From Alphaproteobacteria bacterium (lineage in GTDB: Bacteria; Pseudomonadota; Alphaproteobacteria; G963923945), in assembly GCA_965199175.1 (NCBI GenBank), contig OZ240684.1, positions 1,643,288-1,707,287 of the forward strand: DNA of 64,000 nucleotides. The letters are read 5' to 3'. Shown one piece after another: positions 35,686-44,866 of the stretch (its first letter is position 1; each line of letters begins with the position of its first letter). Below the pieces are notes generated by a model that saw only the letters and a list, made by a program, of their open reading frames with translations, was not told the DNA's origin and did no database searches. The position numbers and the translations under genes were made by a program.

Positions 35686-36648
35686 TCAGGTCAGATGTTC
35701 TGGTCTTTTGGATTGCGACCCGGACACAAGCCGCCGGGGGGATTGCGGTCGCCGGCCAGTCACAGGGGGCGTATTCTGCATCAAATCGACCAGCAACAAC
35801 GCCAGGGCAGCGGTTGCGATAACCGGTGCGATCAGATTAACCACCGGCAGGCTGAATAAAAAAGCCACCACCATCCCATGCCGCCATATCCGGCCAGCTG
35901 CCCGGCGACGCCAGAAGGCTATTTGATCCGGGCACAGGCGACGTAAGGCCACCAGGTCAAAATATTCACGCCCCAGCAGATAGCCGTTGGCCCCATAATA
36001 CAGCAGGGGATAAAGCGGCCCCAGCAGCAATGCCGGTAACAGAAGAATATTCACCACCACAATCAGCCCGGCATATCGAAGGGTCAGCATCACCGCCCGC
36101 CCCGGCGACAAAGAGCGTGGCGGCGGCAATCCGTCTGTGTAATGAGCCTCAGCAGAAGCAGCCACCACATCCAGAAACAAGCTCACAGCAACCCCGGTTA
36201 AGGCCGGAAACAGTGCCAAAGCCAGAACAAAGATCACCAGCATCCCCAATGATGCAAGCAGCCCATCCAACCAATACCAACCGGTTGAAGGGAGCAGAAA
36301 CAAACCCCCGCTCAATACTGCGGCCAGAAGAACCAGCACCACAAAAGCCCCGATCACAGACAACAGCAAAACCCGGCGGATTCGCCGGTCTGATAACAAG
36401 CCAAAGGCAGCAGCAAAACGAGTCAACATGGCCCCATCATCAATCAGCAAACAACCAATCACAAGCAGGATCACACCCCGGCAAACAGCCCAATGATAAA
36501 GACCGGTACTGATAAGGACGGAAAGGACTGCTTGATGGATATCCGAAAGACTACGTGTCAGAAAGAAAAGATACGGGTCGGGAAAATTACGTGTCAGCAT
36601 CAATAACGCCGGAGACGAAACAACGGACCCGATAGCCATATTGAGCAT
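35686..36648 (-). CDS. polytopic inner-membrane protein of the EI24 / CysZ-like family
   Basis: 320 aa with about 6 predicted TM helices; family assignment by resemblance only. Confidence 0.5.
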   Translation of the reverse strand: MLNMAIGSVVSSPALLMLTRNFPDPYLFFLTRSLSDIHQAVLSVLISTGLYHWAVCRGVILLVIGCLLIDDGAMLTRFAAAFGLLSDRRIRRVLLLSVIGAFVVLVLLAAVLSGGLFLLPSTGWYWLDGLLASLGMLVIFVLALALFPALTGVAVSLFLDVVAASAEAHYTDGLPPPRSLSPGRAVMLTLRYAGLIVVVNILLLPALLLGPLYPLLYYGANGYLLGREYFDLVALRRLCPDQIAFWRRRAAGRIWRHGMVVAFLFSLPVVNLIAPVIATAALALLLVDLMQNTPPVTGRRPQSPRRLVSGSQSKRPEHLT

Positions 36649-36762
36649 ATTTCTCTCTGGTTTACGCCGATTTTTTTGGGATCATCGACGTTTCCGATTC
36701 TGCGATGCCATTGGTATCCGATGATATGATATGGTTTGCCTGTCATTACTCAGGCTGTATTA

Positions 36763-36846
36763 CGTCTATCTGCGCACTTTGTTTGAGCTGAATAAACGCT
36801 ATGGGTTTCGCAAATTCATCATTGTAGTGCCCAGCGTTGCGGCTTG
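36763..36846 (+). other. An 84-bp copy of an internal segment of the downstream res gene (matches 39435-39518 with 3-4 mismatches), same orientation, lying in the intergenic region upstream of mod
   Basis: Direct sequence comparison: tacgtctatctgcgcac(t/g)(t/g)tgtttgagctgaataaacgctatgggtttcgcaaattcatcattgtagtgcccagcgt. Confidence 0.9.
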
Positions 36847-36955
36847 ACTGTTTGAACCAGCTGGGGTCTGAACGTCCGGAGGAATACCATCCCACGTATA
36901 ACATCACGCAACACCAAAACAGCCTGATGCGTAAAGATGGAAAGAGAGTCAATCA

Positions 36956-38989
36956 ATGCATGAAACCAGAAAAAGCATCATCAAGACTGCCGCAGATGAA
37001 TCAAACAAGCCGGAAATAAATAAACCGGAGACTGATACAACGGCACCCAACAGACCAGAGACCCATGAGCCAGAGACCCATAGGCCGGAGACTCATAGGC
37101 CAGAGACCTTCGATCTCACCTCAATGGATGTGGGGGCGGAAAAACGCGCGGCTTTACGTGGCCTGTTCCCGGAAGTTTTTGCAGAAGACCGGATTGATTT
37201 TGATCAGCTCAAACGTGTTCTGGGTACATGGGTGGAGCCGGGGAAAGAACGCTTTGGCCTCACCTGGCCCGGCAAGGCTGATTGTATGCGCGTCATCCAG
37301 CAACCCAGCATTGCCACCCTGAAGCCAGCACGGGATCAATCGGTTGATTTTGATACGACCGGTCATCTGTTCATTGAAGGGGATAATCTGGAGGTCCTCA
37401 AGCTGTTGCAAAAAGCCTATTTCGGTAAGGTCAAGATGATCTATATCGACCCGCCCTATAACACCGGCAAGGAGTTTATCTATCCCGATAAGCATGCGGA
37501 AAATCTCAGGACCTATCTGGAATATACCGGCCAGCTGGATGGGCAGGGCCGCAAATTTTCCACCAATACCGAACAAACCGGGCGGTATCATTCCAACTGG
37601 CTGAGTATGATGTATCCGCGCCTCTATCTGGCCAGGAATTTACTCCGCGAGGATGGGGTGATTTTTATCAGCATCGATGACAACGAACAGGCGCATTTAA
37701 AAGCCCTGTGTGATCAAATTTTCGGAGAGGAGAATTTTGTTGGTATAATAATTTGGAAAAAGAAAACAAACGGAAATAATATGGGGGAGATTCCCTCTGT
37801 TCATGACTATTTCATATGTTATGCAAAAAATTTATTGGTCACAAATTTAATAGGTTTTCCGATATCTGAAGAATATATCAGAAAAAATTATTCTAATACT
37901 GATAATGACCCGAGAGGACCTTGGACGACTACTGATTTATCGGCAAATCATAAAGGACCTTATTTTGAAATCATAAATCCAAATACCAATGATTGTTTTC
38001 TTCCTCCTAAAGGTAGGTATTGGGTTTTTGGAAAAGAGGAAGTTAAAAAGAGAATCAAAGATGGAAGAATAATTTTTGGAAAATCCAATACGGGAAGACC
38101 TGTTCAGAAAAAATATTTGTCTGAAAAAATCTCAATGAGGGTCAAGCCTGAATCGTGGTGGGATAATCATGGGATGAATGAAGATGGAACAACTGAGATC
38201 TCTGAATTATTTGAGCCGAAATTTTTTGACCACCCTAAACCTACAATAACTTTAAAGCACCTTTGCAATATCACAACTCAAAATACAGATTTAATATTGG
38301 ACTTTTTCTCTGGCTCATCCTCAACCGCTCATGCGGTGATGCAGTTGAATGCTGAGGATGGGGGCCAGCGCAAATATATCTGTGTCCAGTTGCCCGAACC
38401 CTGTGACGAAAAATCCGAAGCCTGTAAAGCCGGGTATGACACCATTGCCGATATTGGTCGCGAACGCATCCGCCGGGCTGCCCAAAAAATCGCCGACCAA
38501 ACAATCAGCTCTGAACAGACCGGTAAACTCGACCTTGATACCGGCGAAAAGCCGGATCTGGGCTTCCGGGCCTTTCGGCTGGATCGCTCCAATTTTAAGG
38601 TCTGGGATCAGAAAGCCGACGATGCCGAAACCATCGCCCAACGCCTGGAAGATCATATTGATCATCTGGATGCCACCAGCACGCCCGAAGATATTCTCTA
38701 TGAATTATTGCTCAAAGCCGGCTTTGAACTGACAACCCCGGTGACTCAGCGCACCCTGGCCGGAAAACCCGTATTTTCCATTGAAGGGGAAACCGGCCCC
38801 CTGCTGATTTGCCTGGAAAAAACCATCACGACCGAATTGATTGACGCCTTAGCCGCCGCCAACCCGGCCCAGGTGATCTGCCTGGATGCCGGCTTCCGGG
38901 GCAATGATCAACTCAAAGCCAATGCCGTGCAAAGTTTCAAAACCCAGGCCCGGATCACCAGCCAGGATATTATCTTCCAGACAGTCTAG
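36956..38989 (+). CDS. mod: Type III restriction-modification system methyltransferase (Mod), an N6-adenine MTase
   Basis: 677 aa; IDPPYNTG catalytic motif, FxGxG SAM motif near the C-terminus (FFSGSSSTAHA); the central roughly 600 bp is AT-rich (a target-recognition domain of foreign composition); in-frame 15-bp repeats in the N-terminus. Confidence 0.9.
   Translation: MHETRKSIIKTAADESNKPEINKPETDTTAPNRPETHEPETHRPETHRPETFDLTSMDVGAEKRAALRGLFPEVFAEDRIDFDQLKRVLGTWVEPGKERFGLTWPGKADCMRVIQQPSIATLKPARDQSVDFDTTGHLFIEGDNLEVLKLLQKAYFGKVKMIYIDPPYNTGKEFIYPDKHAENLRTYLEYTGQLDGQGRKFSTNTEQTGRYHSNWLSMMYPRLYLARNLLREDGVIFISIDDNEQAHLKALCDQIFGEENFVGIIIWKKKTNGNNMGEIPSVHDYFICYAKNLLVTNLIGFPISEEYIRKNYSNTDNDPRGPWTTTDLSANHKGPYFEIINPNTNDCFLPPKGRYWVFGKEEVKKRIKDGRIIFGKSNTGRPVQKKYLSEKISMRVKPESWWDNHGMNEDGTTEISELFEPKFFDHPKPTITLKHLCNITTQNTDLILDFFSGSSSTAHAVMQLNAEDGGQRKYICVQLPEPCDEKSEACKAGYDTIADIGRERIRRAAQKIADQTISSEQTGKLDLDTGEKPDLGFRAFRLDRSNFKVWDQKADDAETIAQRLEDHIDHLDATSTPEDILYELLLKAGFELTTPVTQRTLAGKPVFSIEGETGPLLICLEKTITTELIDALAAANPAQVICLDAGFRGNDQLKANAVQSFKTQARITSQDIIFQTV
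37054..37107 (+). repeat. About 3.6 x 15 bp in-frame tandem repeats (ccagagacccatgag) encoding PETHE/PETHR repeats in the Mod N-terminus
   Basis: Read directly from the sequence. Confidence 0.9.
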
Positions 38990-39120
38990 AGGGCATATGA
39001 CCGACAAAGACCCGAAGAAAAAAGGCATCATACGGGTATAAAGTGTAAGGAAACAAAAAGCAGATGTCGGTCAACCCAGCCTTGGGAAGCGAACCATCTG
39101 CATGATCAGTATAAGATAAT

Positions 39121-42111
39121 GTGAGAAAATCGCAAGTGAAACTTAAATTTGATCCCTCACTGGACTATCAACAAGACGCCATCAATGCAGTGGTTGATGT
39201 CTTTGCCGGTCAGGCCAGCCCGCAAAACAGTGCGGCGGCTTTTCAATCCTTGCAAATCGGCGGAATGTTTGAACAAGAACTCGGGGTCGGGAATCTTTTG
39301 ACTCTGCCCGATGATGTGCTGCTGGCCAATGTCCATACAATACAGGAAGCCAACGCCATCGAAAAAGTGCCTGCGCTTCAGGGGCGGCATTTCTCGATTG
39401 AGATGGAAACCGGAACCGGCAAAACATACGTCTATCTGCGCACGGTGTTTGAGCTGAATAAACGCTATGGGTTTCGCAAATTCATCATTGTAGTGCCCAG
39501 CGTCGCAGTCCGTGAAGGAGTGCTCAAAAGCATCACCATCATGAAGGACCATTTCCGGACCCTCTATGACATGGTGCCGTTTGATTATTTTGTCTATGAT
39601 TCCAAAAAACTGGCAGCCGTGCGGGAATTTTGCGGCGGCAACCATATCAAGATCATGGTGATCAATATCCAGGCATTCGTGAAAGACTTCCCCGACCAGC
39701 CACAATCAGAAACAATCACCGATACAACCAAACAACCAGACCAAAAGCGTGCTGATCAAAAACGTAACGTCATCAACCGGGAAAATGACCGGATGTCGGG
39801 AAGAAAACCCATTGAGTTTATTCAGGCAACCCGTCCTCTGGTGATTATTGATGAACCACAAAGTGTCGATAATACCCAAAAAGCACAAGATGCCATCAAA
39901 CGCCTCAATCCATCAGCAACTTTGCGCTACAGTGCCACCCATCGCAATCCGTATAATCTGCTTTATAAACTGGACCCCATCAAAGCCTATGATCTGCGGC
40001 TGGTGAAACGGATTGAGGTGGCCTCAGTCCGGACCGAAGATCACTTCAATGATGCGTTTGTAAGGCTTCTGCAAACTGATAATACAAACGGCATCCGGGC
40101 CCGGGTTGAAATCCATAAGGAAGGAGCAAAAGGGCCAAAACCGGTCCGGGTATGGGTCCGGCAAGGCGATGATCTGTTCGTAAAATCCGGCCAGCGGGCC
40201 GCGTATGAAAATGGCTATATCATTCAGAATATTGATTGCACACCCGGAGCCGCAGGGGTGGAACTCACCTCCGGGCATTGGCTGGCTCTGGGCCACGAAA
40301 TCGGTGGTTTGAATGATGATATTATGAAACGCCAGGTTTTTGAAACCGTCGAACAGCATCTGAAAAAAGAGCGGGCCTTTCAAAACAAAGGCATCAAGCC
40401 ACTCTCCCTGTTCTTTATCGACACAGTCGCCAATTATCGCATCTATCATGATGATGGCTCAACCGGGCTGGGAAAAATCGGTCGATGGTTCGAGGATGCT
40501 TTTTGCGAACTCATACAAAAACCAGCCTATAAGGGCCTCATCCCCCATGCGGTTACCAATATCCATAATGGGTATTTCAGCCGGGATAAAAAGGGGCGAG
40601 TCCGGGATACCAGAGGCAACACCAGAGATGATGAAGAAACCTATCATCTGATTATGCGGGATAAGGAAAAGCTGTTGGATCAGGCCGAACCTCTGCGCTT
40701 TATTTTTTCCCATTCCGCCTTGCGGGAAGGGTGGGACAACCCCAACGTGTTCCAGATCTGCACCCTGAATGAAACCCGGTCCCCGGACAAAAAACGCCAG
40801 GAAATTGGTCGCGGCTTGCGTCTGGCGGTCAATCAGGAAGGACACCGCATTCACGATGAAAACATCAACCGCCTCACAGTTATCGCCAATCAATCCTACG
40901 AAGAATTCGCCCGCACTCTGCAATCCGAATTTGAAGAGGAATACGGAATCCGTTTCGGGCGGGTCGAAAAAATTGCCTTTTCTAAACTTGTCTCCCCAAA
41001 TTCTCAAGGGGTGGAAACAGAAATCGGACAAGCAACCTCAACCACCATCTGGCAGGAACTGGTGGATCATGGGTACCTGAATGAGGATGGAGAAATCCTT
41101 GATTCATTCGACCCCAAAAACCCCGATTTTAAATTGAAAATCTCCGCGGAATTTGTCTCTCTGGAACCGGAAATCACTGATATCATCAATCAAAAGCTGT
41201 TCAAAAACCGCATCCCTGATGCCCGGGAAAAACGACTGCTCACCTTTCATAAACAAGTGTATCTGGATCCCGAATTTGAAAAACTATGGCAACGAATCAG
41301 CCAACGCACCCGTTACCGGGTGCGGTTTAATACCGATGCACTGATCGAAAAAGCCGCCAGGCGCATTAAAAACATTGACCCCATCAAGCCAGTCCGCATC
41401 ACCACAACCCGTGCTGGTCTCGATATCACCGAGGCCGGAGTTGATTCCCAAACCGTCTTAGAACAAAAATCCTTTGAGACTCAATCTGTGGCATTTTTGC
41501 CCGATATTCTGGCTTTCTTACAAAAGGAAACCGAACTCACCCGCCATACATTGGTTCAGATTTTACAACAATCCGGTCGGCTGGCCGAATTCCAGATCAA
41601 TCCGCAATCCTTCATGGAGGCAGTCACCCGGGAAATCTCCCGGGCCCTTCGGGATCTGATGCTGGATGGAATCCAATACGAAAAAATCACCGACCAAAGA
41701 TGGGATATGGCCCGGATTGAGAAAGATGCCGCAGAAGAAATTCAACGCTATTTAGACCGACTCTATACAGTGAAGAACACCGAAAAAACCCTGTTTAATG
41801 CCATTGAATGTGATTCTGAAGTTGAGCGGCGATACGCCAGGGAACTGGATAATGACGAAAATGTACGGTTGTTCGTAAAACTCCCCGGCTGGTTCGTCAT
41901 TGATACGCCCATTGGCCCCTATAACCCCGATTGGGCTTTTGTCGCCGAACGCGATGAAAGCCTCTATTTTGTTCGCGAGACCAAGTCATCCACGGACCGC
42001 CAGCATCTCCGGACCAGGGAAGATCAGAAAATTGCCTATGGTCAAAAACATTTCAAAACCATTGGGGTTGATTATGCGCTCAGAACTTCTCTGCGGGAGG
42101 AAAGATGGTGA
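39121..42111 (+). CDS. res: Type III restriction enzyme Res (SF2 helicase plus a C-terminal PD-(D/E)xK nuclease); GTG start
   Basis: 996 aa; helicase motifs METGTGKT and LVIIDEPQS, C-terminal nuclease region; it lies immediately downstream of mod. Confidence 0.9.
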   Translation: MRKSQVKLKFDPSLDYQQDAINAVVDVFAGQASPQNSAAAFQSLQIGGMFEQELGVGNLLTLPDDVLLANVHTIQEANAIEKVPALQGRHFSIEMETGTGKTYVYLRTVFELNKRYGFRKFIIVVPSVAVREGVLKSITIMKDHFRTLYDMVPFDYFVYDSKKLAAVREFCGGNHIKIMVINIQAFVKDFPDQPQSETITDTTKQPDQKRADQKRNVINRENDRMSGRKPIEFIQATRPLVIIDEPQSVDNTQKAQDAIKRLNPSATLRYSATHRNPYNLLYKLDPIKAYDLRLVKRIEVASVRTEDHFNDAFVRLLQTDNTNGIRARVEIHKEGAKGPKPVRVWVRQGDDLFVKSGQRAAYENGYIIQNIDCTPGAAGVELTSGHWLALGHEIGGLNDDIMKRQVFETVEQHLKKERAFQNKGIKPLSLFFIDTVANYRIYHDDGSTGLGKIGRWFEDAFCELIQKPAYKGLIPHAVTNIHNGYFSRDKKGRVRDTRGNTRDDEETYHLIMRDKEKLLDQAEPLRFIFSHSALREGWDNPNVFQICTLNETRSPDKKRQEIGRGLRLAVNQEGHRIHDENINRLTVIANQSYEEFARTLQSEFEEEYGIRFGRVEKIAFSKLVSPNSQGVETEIGQATSTTIWQELVDHGYLNEDGEILDSFDPKNPDFKLKISAEFVSLEPEITDIINQKLFKNRIPDAREKRLLTFHKQVYLDPEFEKLWQRISQRTRYRVRFNTDALIEKAARRIKNIDPIKPVRITTTRAGLDITEAGVDSQTVLEQKSFETQSVAFLPDILAFLQKETELTRHTLVQILQQSGRLAEFQINPQSFMEAVTREISRALRDLMLDGIQYEKITDQRWDMARIEKDAAEEIQRYLDRLYTVKNTEKTLFNAIECDSEVERRYARELDNDENVRLFVKLPGWFVIDTPIGPYNPDWAFVAERDESLYFVRETKSSTDRQHLRTREDQKIAYGQKHFKTIGVDYALRTSLREERW

Positions 42112-42258
42112 CCCCCCAAATTTCTTCTCCCATTGCCGTTTGCTGGCCTTGTTGCTTCAGAGCGAATAATGTGGCGCAAGTCAGCTTGATGGAGGCTGTA
42201 TTGTTATCAAGATCCATCACCCCGGTAAAACCCCATCGAAAGCGCAATCAAAGACTCC

Positions 42259-42729
42259 ATGCCGCCCCCGCATCACTATATGGATCAAGCCCTCCGGCAG
42301 GCTGAACAAGCCTTTGAACGAGGGGAAATCCCCGTCGGGGCAGTCTTGACGGTCAATGATGTTATCCTGGCTGAGGCCGGCAACCGGGTCGAGGAATTAA
42401 AAGACGTAACCGCGCATGCCGAAATCCTCTGCCTGAGAGAAGCTGCCCAAAAATGCCGGACCAAAACCCTCCACAACGCCACCCTCTATGTCACTCTGGA
42501 ACCCTGCGCCATGTGTGCCGGGGCGATTGCTGCAGCTCGCATTCAATCCCTGTATTACGGGGCCTTTGACCCCAAATCCGGCGGGGTCGAACATGGGGCA
42601 AAATTGTTCTCCCAGCCCACTTGTCATCATCGTCCTGAAATTTATGGCGGCTTCCTCGAAAGCCAGTGCGGGGAACTGCTCTCGCGTTTCTTTGCAGCCC
42701 GGCGGGGTGATCCTTCCTCAGACTCCTGA
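42259..42729 (+). CDS. tadA: tRNA-specific adenosine deaminase
   Basis: HAEILCLREA and PCAMCAGAI zinc-binding motifs. Confidence 0.9.
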   Translation: MPPPHHYMDQALRQAEQAFERGEIPVGAVLTVNDVILAEAGNRVEELKDVTAHAEILCLREAAQKCRTKTLHNATLYVTLEPCAMCAGAIAAARIQSLYYGAFDPKSGGVEHGAKLFSQPTCHHRPEIYGGFLESQCGELLSRFFAARRGDPSSDS

Positions 42730-42753
42730 AAACCTTAGGGCAGAATCTTTTTT

Positions 42754-44037
42754 TTAAGAATCATCATCGTCTTTCAATGCCCGCCAACCGATATCACGGC
42801 GATAGATTCCTCCCGGCCAATCAATGCGCCCAACTGCTTCATAGGCTTTGGTCCGGGCGGTCGCCAGATCTTTCCCCCAGGCGGTGATACCCAGAACTCT
42901 CCCCCCATCGGCCCGCAACTGTCCCTGATCATCGTATCTGGTTGCGGCATGAAAAATCTCAACATCGGCCCCGGCGGCAGCGACTCCATCAATGAGGGTG
43001 CCTTTTTCATATGCCCCCGGATATCCGCGAGCCGCCATAACAACACAGAGAGCCGCCTCCTCAGACCACCGGAGATCGAAATGCCGCAACCCCCCCTCCT
43101 CAACCGTCAACAAAGCGGTCAATAAATCTGAGCGCAGCCGGGCCATGAGAACCTGGCATTCCGGATCCCCGAAACGAATATTATATTCCAACAATCTGGG
43201 AGCCCCATCAACAATCATCAAACCAGCAAAAAGAACCCCCCGATAGGGGTGTCCCTCAGCCTGCATCCCCTCGAGAACCGGCTGAATAATCTCAGCCATC
43301 ACCCGTTCTTGCAGACTCTGATCAAAACAAGCCGGAGGCGAATAAGCCCCCATCCCCCCGGTATTGGGACCAGTATCTCCTTCACCAAGGCGTTTATGAT
43401 CCTGAGCTGCTGCCAGAGGAATGGCGCTTTCACCATCCAGCAAAGCAAAAAAACTCACCTCCTCACCCGGCAGATAATCCTCAATGATGAGGGTGTTGCC
43501 GGCACTTCCAAAATGGTGGTCCTGCATGCTCCGGGTGACAGCATCCCGGGCCATTTTTCTGTCCGTCGCGATAGTAACCCCCTTACCGGCCGCCAGACCA
43601 TCAGTCTTAATCACAATCGGGAGTGGTCGGTTTTCAATGTCATCCAGGGCAGCCTGACAATCGGTAAAGCAGCGATAATCAGCAGTCGGAATAGCATAAC
43701 GGGTGCAAAAGTCCTTCATCCAGGCTTTGGATCCCTCCAGCTGAGCTGCTGCTGCGCTCGGACCAAAAACCCCAACCCCCTCAGCCCGCAAAGCATCCGC
43801 CAGACCCAAAACCAGCGGCTCTTCGGGACCAATCACCACAAAATCAATCGATTGCACCTGGCATAAATCAATCAGTCCGGGGGCATCTGTCGCCGCAATA
43901 TCATGGCATTCAGCAATTTCAGCAATGCCGGCATTCCCCGGTGCAGCATACAGACGCTCACATAACGGTGAGGCCGCAATCGCCCAGGCCAGAGCATGTT
44001 CCCGCCCACCAGAACCAACAACCAAAACCCGCATCAA
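42754..44037 (-). CDS. purD: phosphoribosylamine--glycine ligase
   Basis: 427 aa; MRVLVVGSGGREHALAWA N-terminus. Confidence 0.95.
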   Translation of the reverse strand: MMRVLVVGSGGREHALAWAIAASPLCERLYAAPGNAGIAEIAECHDIAATDAPGLIDLCQVQSIDFVVIGPEEPLVLGLADALRAEGVGVFGPSAAAAQLEGSKAWMKDFCTRYAIPTADYRCFTDCQAALDDIENRPLPIVIKTDGLAAGKGVTIATDRKMARDAVTRSMQDHHFGSAGNTLIIEDYLPGEEVSFFALLDGESAIPLAAAQDHKRLGEGDTGPNTGGMGAYSPPACFDQSLQERVMAEIIQPVLEGMQAEGHPYRGVLFAGLMIVDGAPRLLEYNIRFGDPECQVLMARLRSDLLTALLTVEEGGLRHFDLRWSEEAALCVVMAARGYPGAYEKGTLIDGVAAAGADVEIFHAATRYDDQGQLRADGGRVLGITAWGKDLATARTKAYEAVGRIDWPGGIYRRDIGWRALKDDDDS

Positions 44038-44340
44038 TCACCTTCCCCAATTCTGCGTCCTTTTAAATGACACTTTAAATGACACTCCGGCCCTGTCTCC
44101 TGGTTTTCCACTCAATCCCGCCCCTGGATCATTTTTAATCGGGCTGAAACGTTCTTCCTGAATCGTATAGATAAAAGGTGCCACCACTGTCCCCTGAGTG
44201 AGAACGATCAACCCCCCCAGTAAGCAGAGAGAGTAACAACGATAGGCAACAACCAATATTTTTTTCTGGTTACCAAAAAACCCCAGAATTCCAAAAGCAA
44301 AGAAATCATCAACCACCCTTTCCTGAATTAATTTTTTCAC
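44038..44340 (-). CDS. small membrane protein resembling the DUF5989 family, with a C-terminal extension
   Basis: The N-terminal roughly 60 aa resemble DUF5989 (LLGGLIVLTQGTVVAPFIYT); the ORF then runs on with no stop to the purD start and contains a 13-bp tandem duplication. Confidence 0.35.
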   Translation of the reverse strand: MKKLIQERVVDDFFAFGILGFFGNQKKILVVAYRCYSLCLLGGLIVLTQGTVVAPFIYTIQEERFSPIKNDPGAGLSGKPGDRAGVSFKVSFKRTQNWGR

Positions 44341-44344
44341 CCGG

Positions 44345-44644
44345 TTAATACTGATTTTTCATGCATCCAACCGGATCATCCCGCTCAACCCAATAGGTCG
44401 ATGCCTCTTTGCTCAATCTCCGGTTCAAGCTGTCTTTCCCCAAAAGACGCATCACCAGGCCGATAGGGGCAATCATCAGAAAATAAATCAATGCCATAAC
44501 AAGCGGGGCAATCAACCCACCCAATGCCAGACCCGGCCGAAACCACCATCGATGAGGAATCGTCAAAAATCCCGGCTTCAGCAATGCCATAACAAACAGC
44601 AGTATACCAAACCCAAAAATCCAAAAATTGGTGTCACCCCCCAA
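44345..44644 (-). CDS. SxtJ-like small membrane protein
   Basis: 99 aa with two TM helices and a C-terminal ...RLSKEASTYWVERDDP motif resembling the SxtJ family; it is paired with a DUF5989-like gene as in other genomes. Confidence 0.45.
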   Translation of the reverse strand: MGGDTNFWIFGFGILLFVMALLKPGFLTIPHRWWFRPGLALGGLIAPLVMALIYFLMIAPIGLVMRLLGKDSLNRRLSKEASTYWVERDDPVGCMKNQY

Positions 44645-44866
44645 AGGCCACAGACTGACGATCAGAAAAACCGCCGCAAAGAAGATGCCGAAACTTTTTT
44701 TCTGACCCTATACGGACGTTTAAGTGACTGTTTTTTTCTGATTTTTTCTGAATGATTGTTCTTTTTTGTTATATTTTTCATAAAATTTCTGCCAGATCTT
44801 TTCGTTCATCCGTTCTTTTCAGAATATTTTTCCCAAGGGTACTACTCTTGATAATTAAAAACGGAT

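Noticed and set aside
36746-36952. A 68-aa minus-strand ORF upstream of mod
   Set aside because: It is the antisense translation of the duplicated res fragment, the same peptide as antisense ORF 39157-39705. Not a gene.
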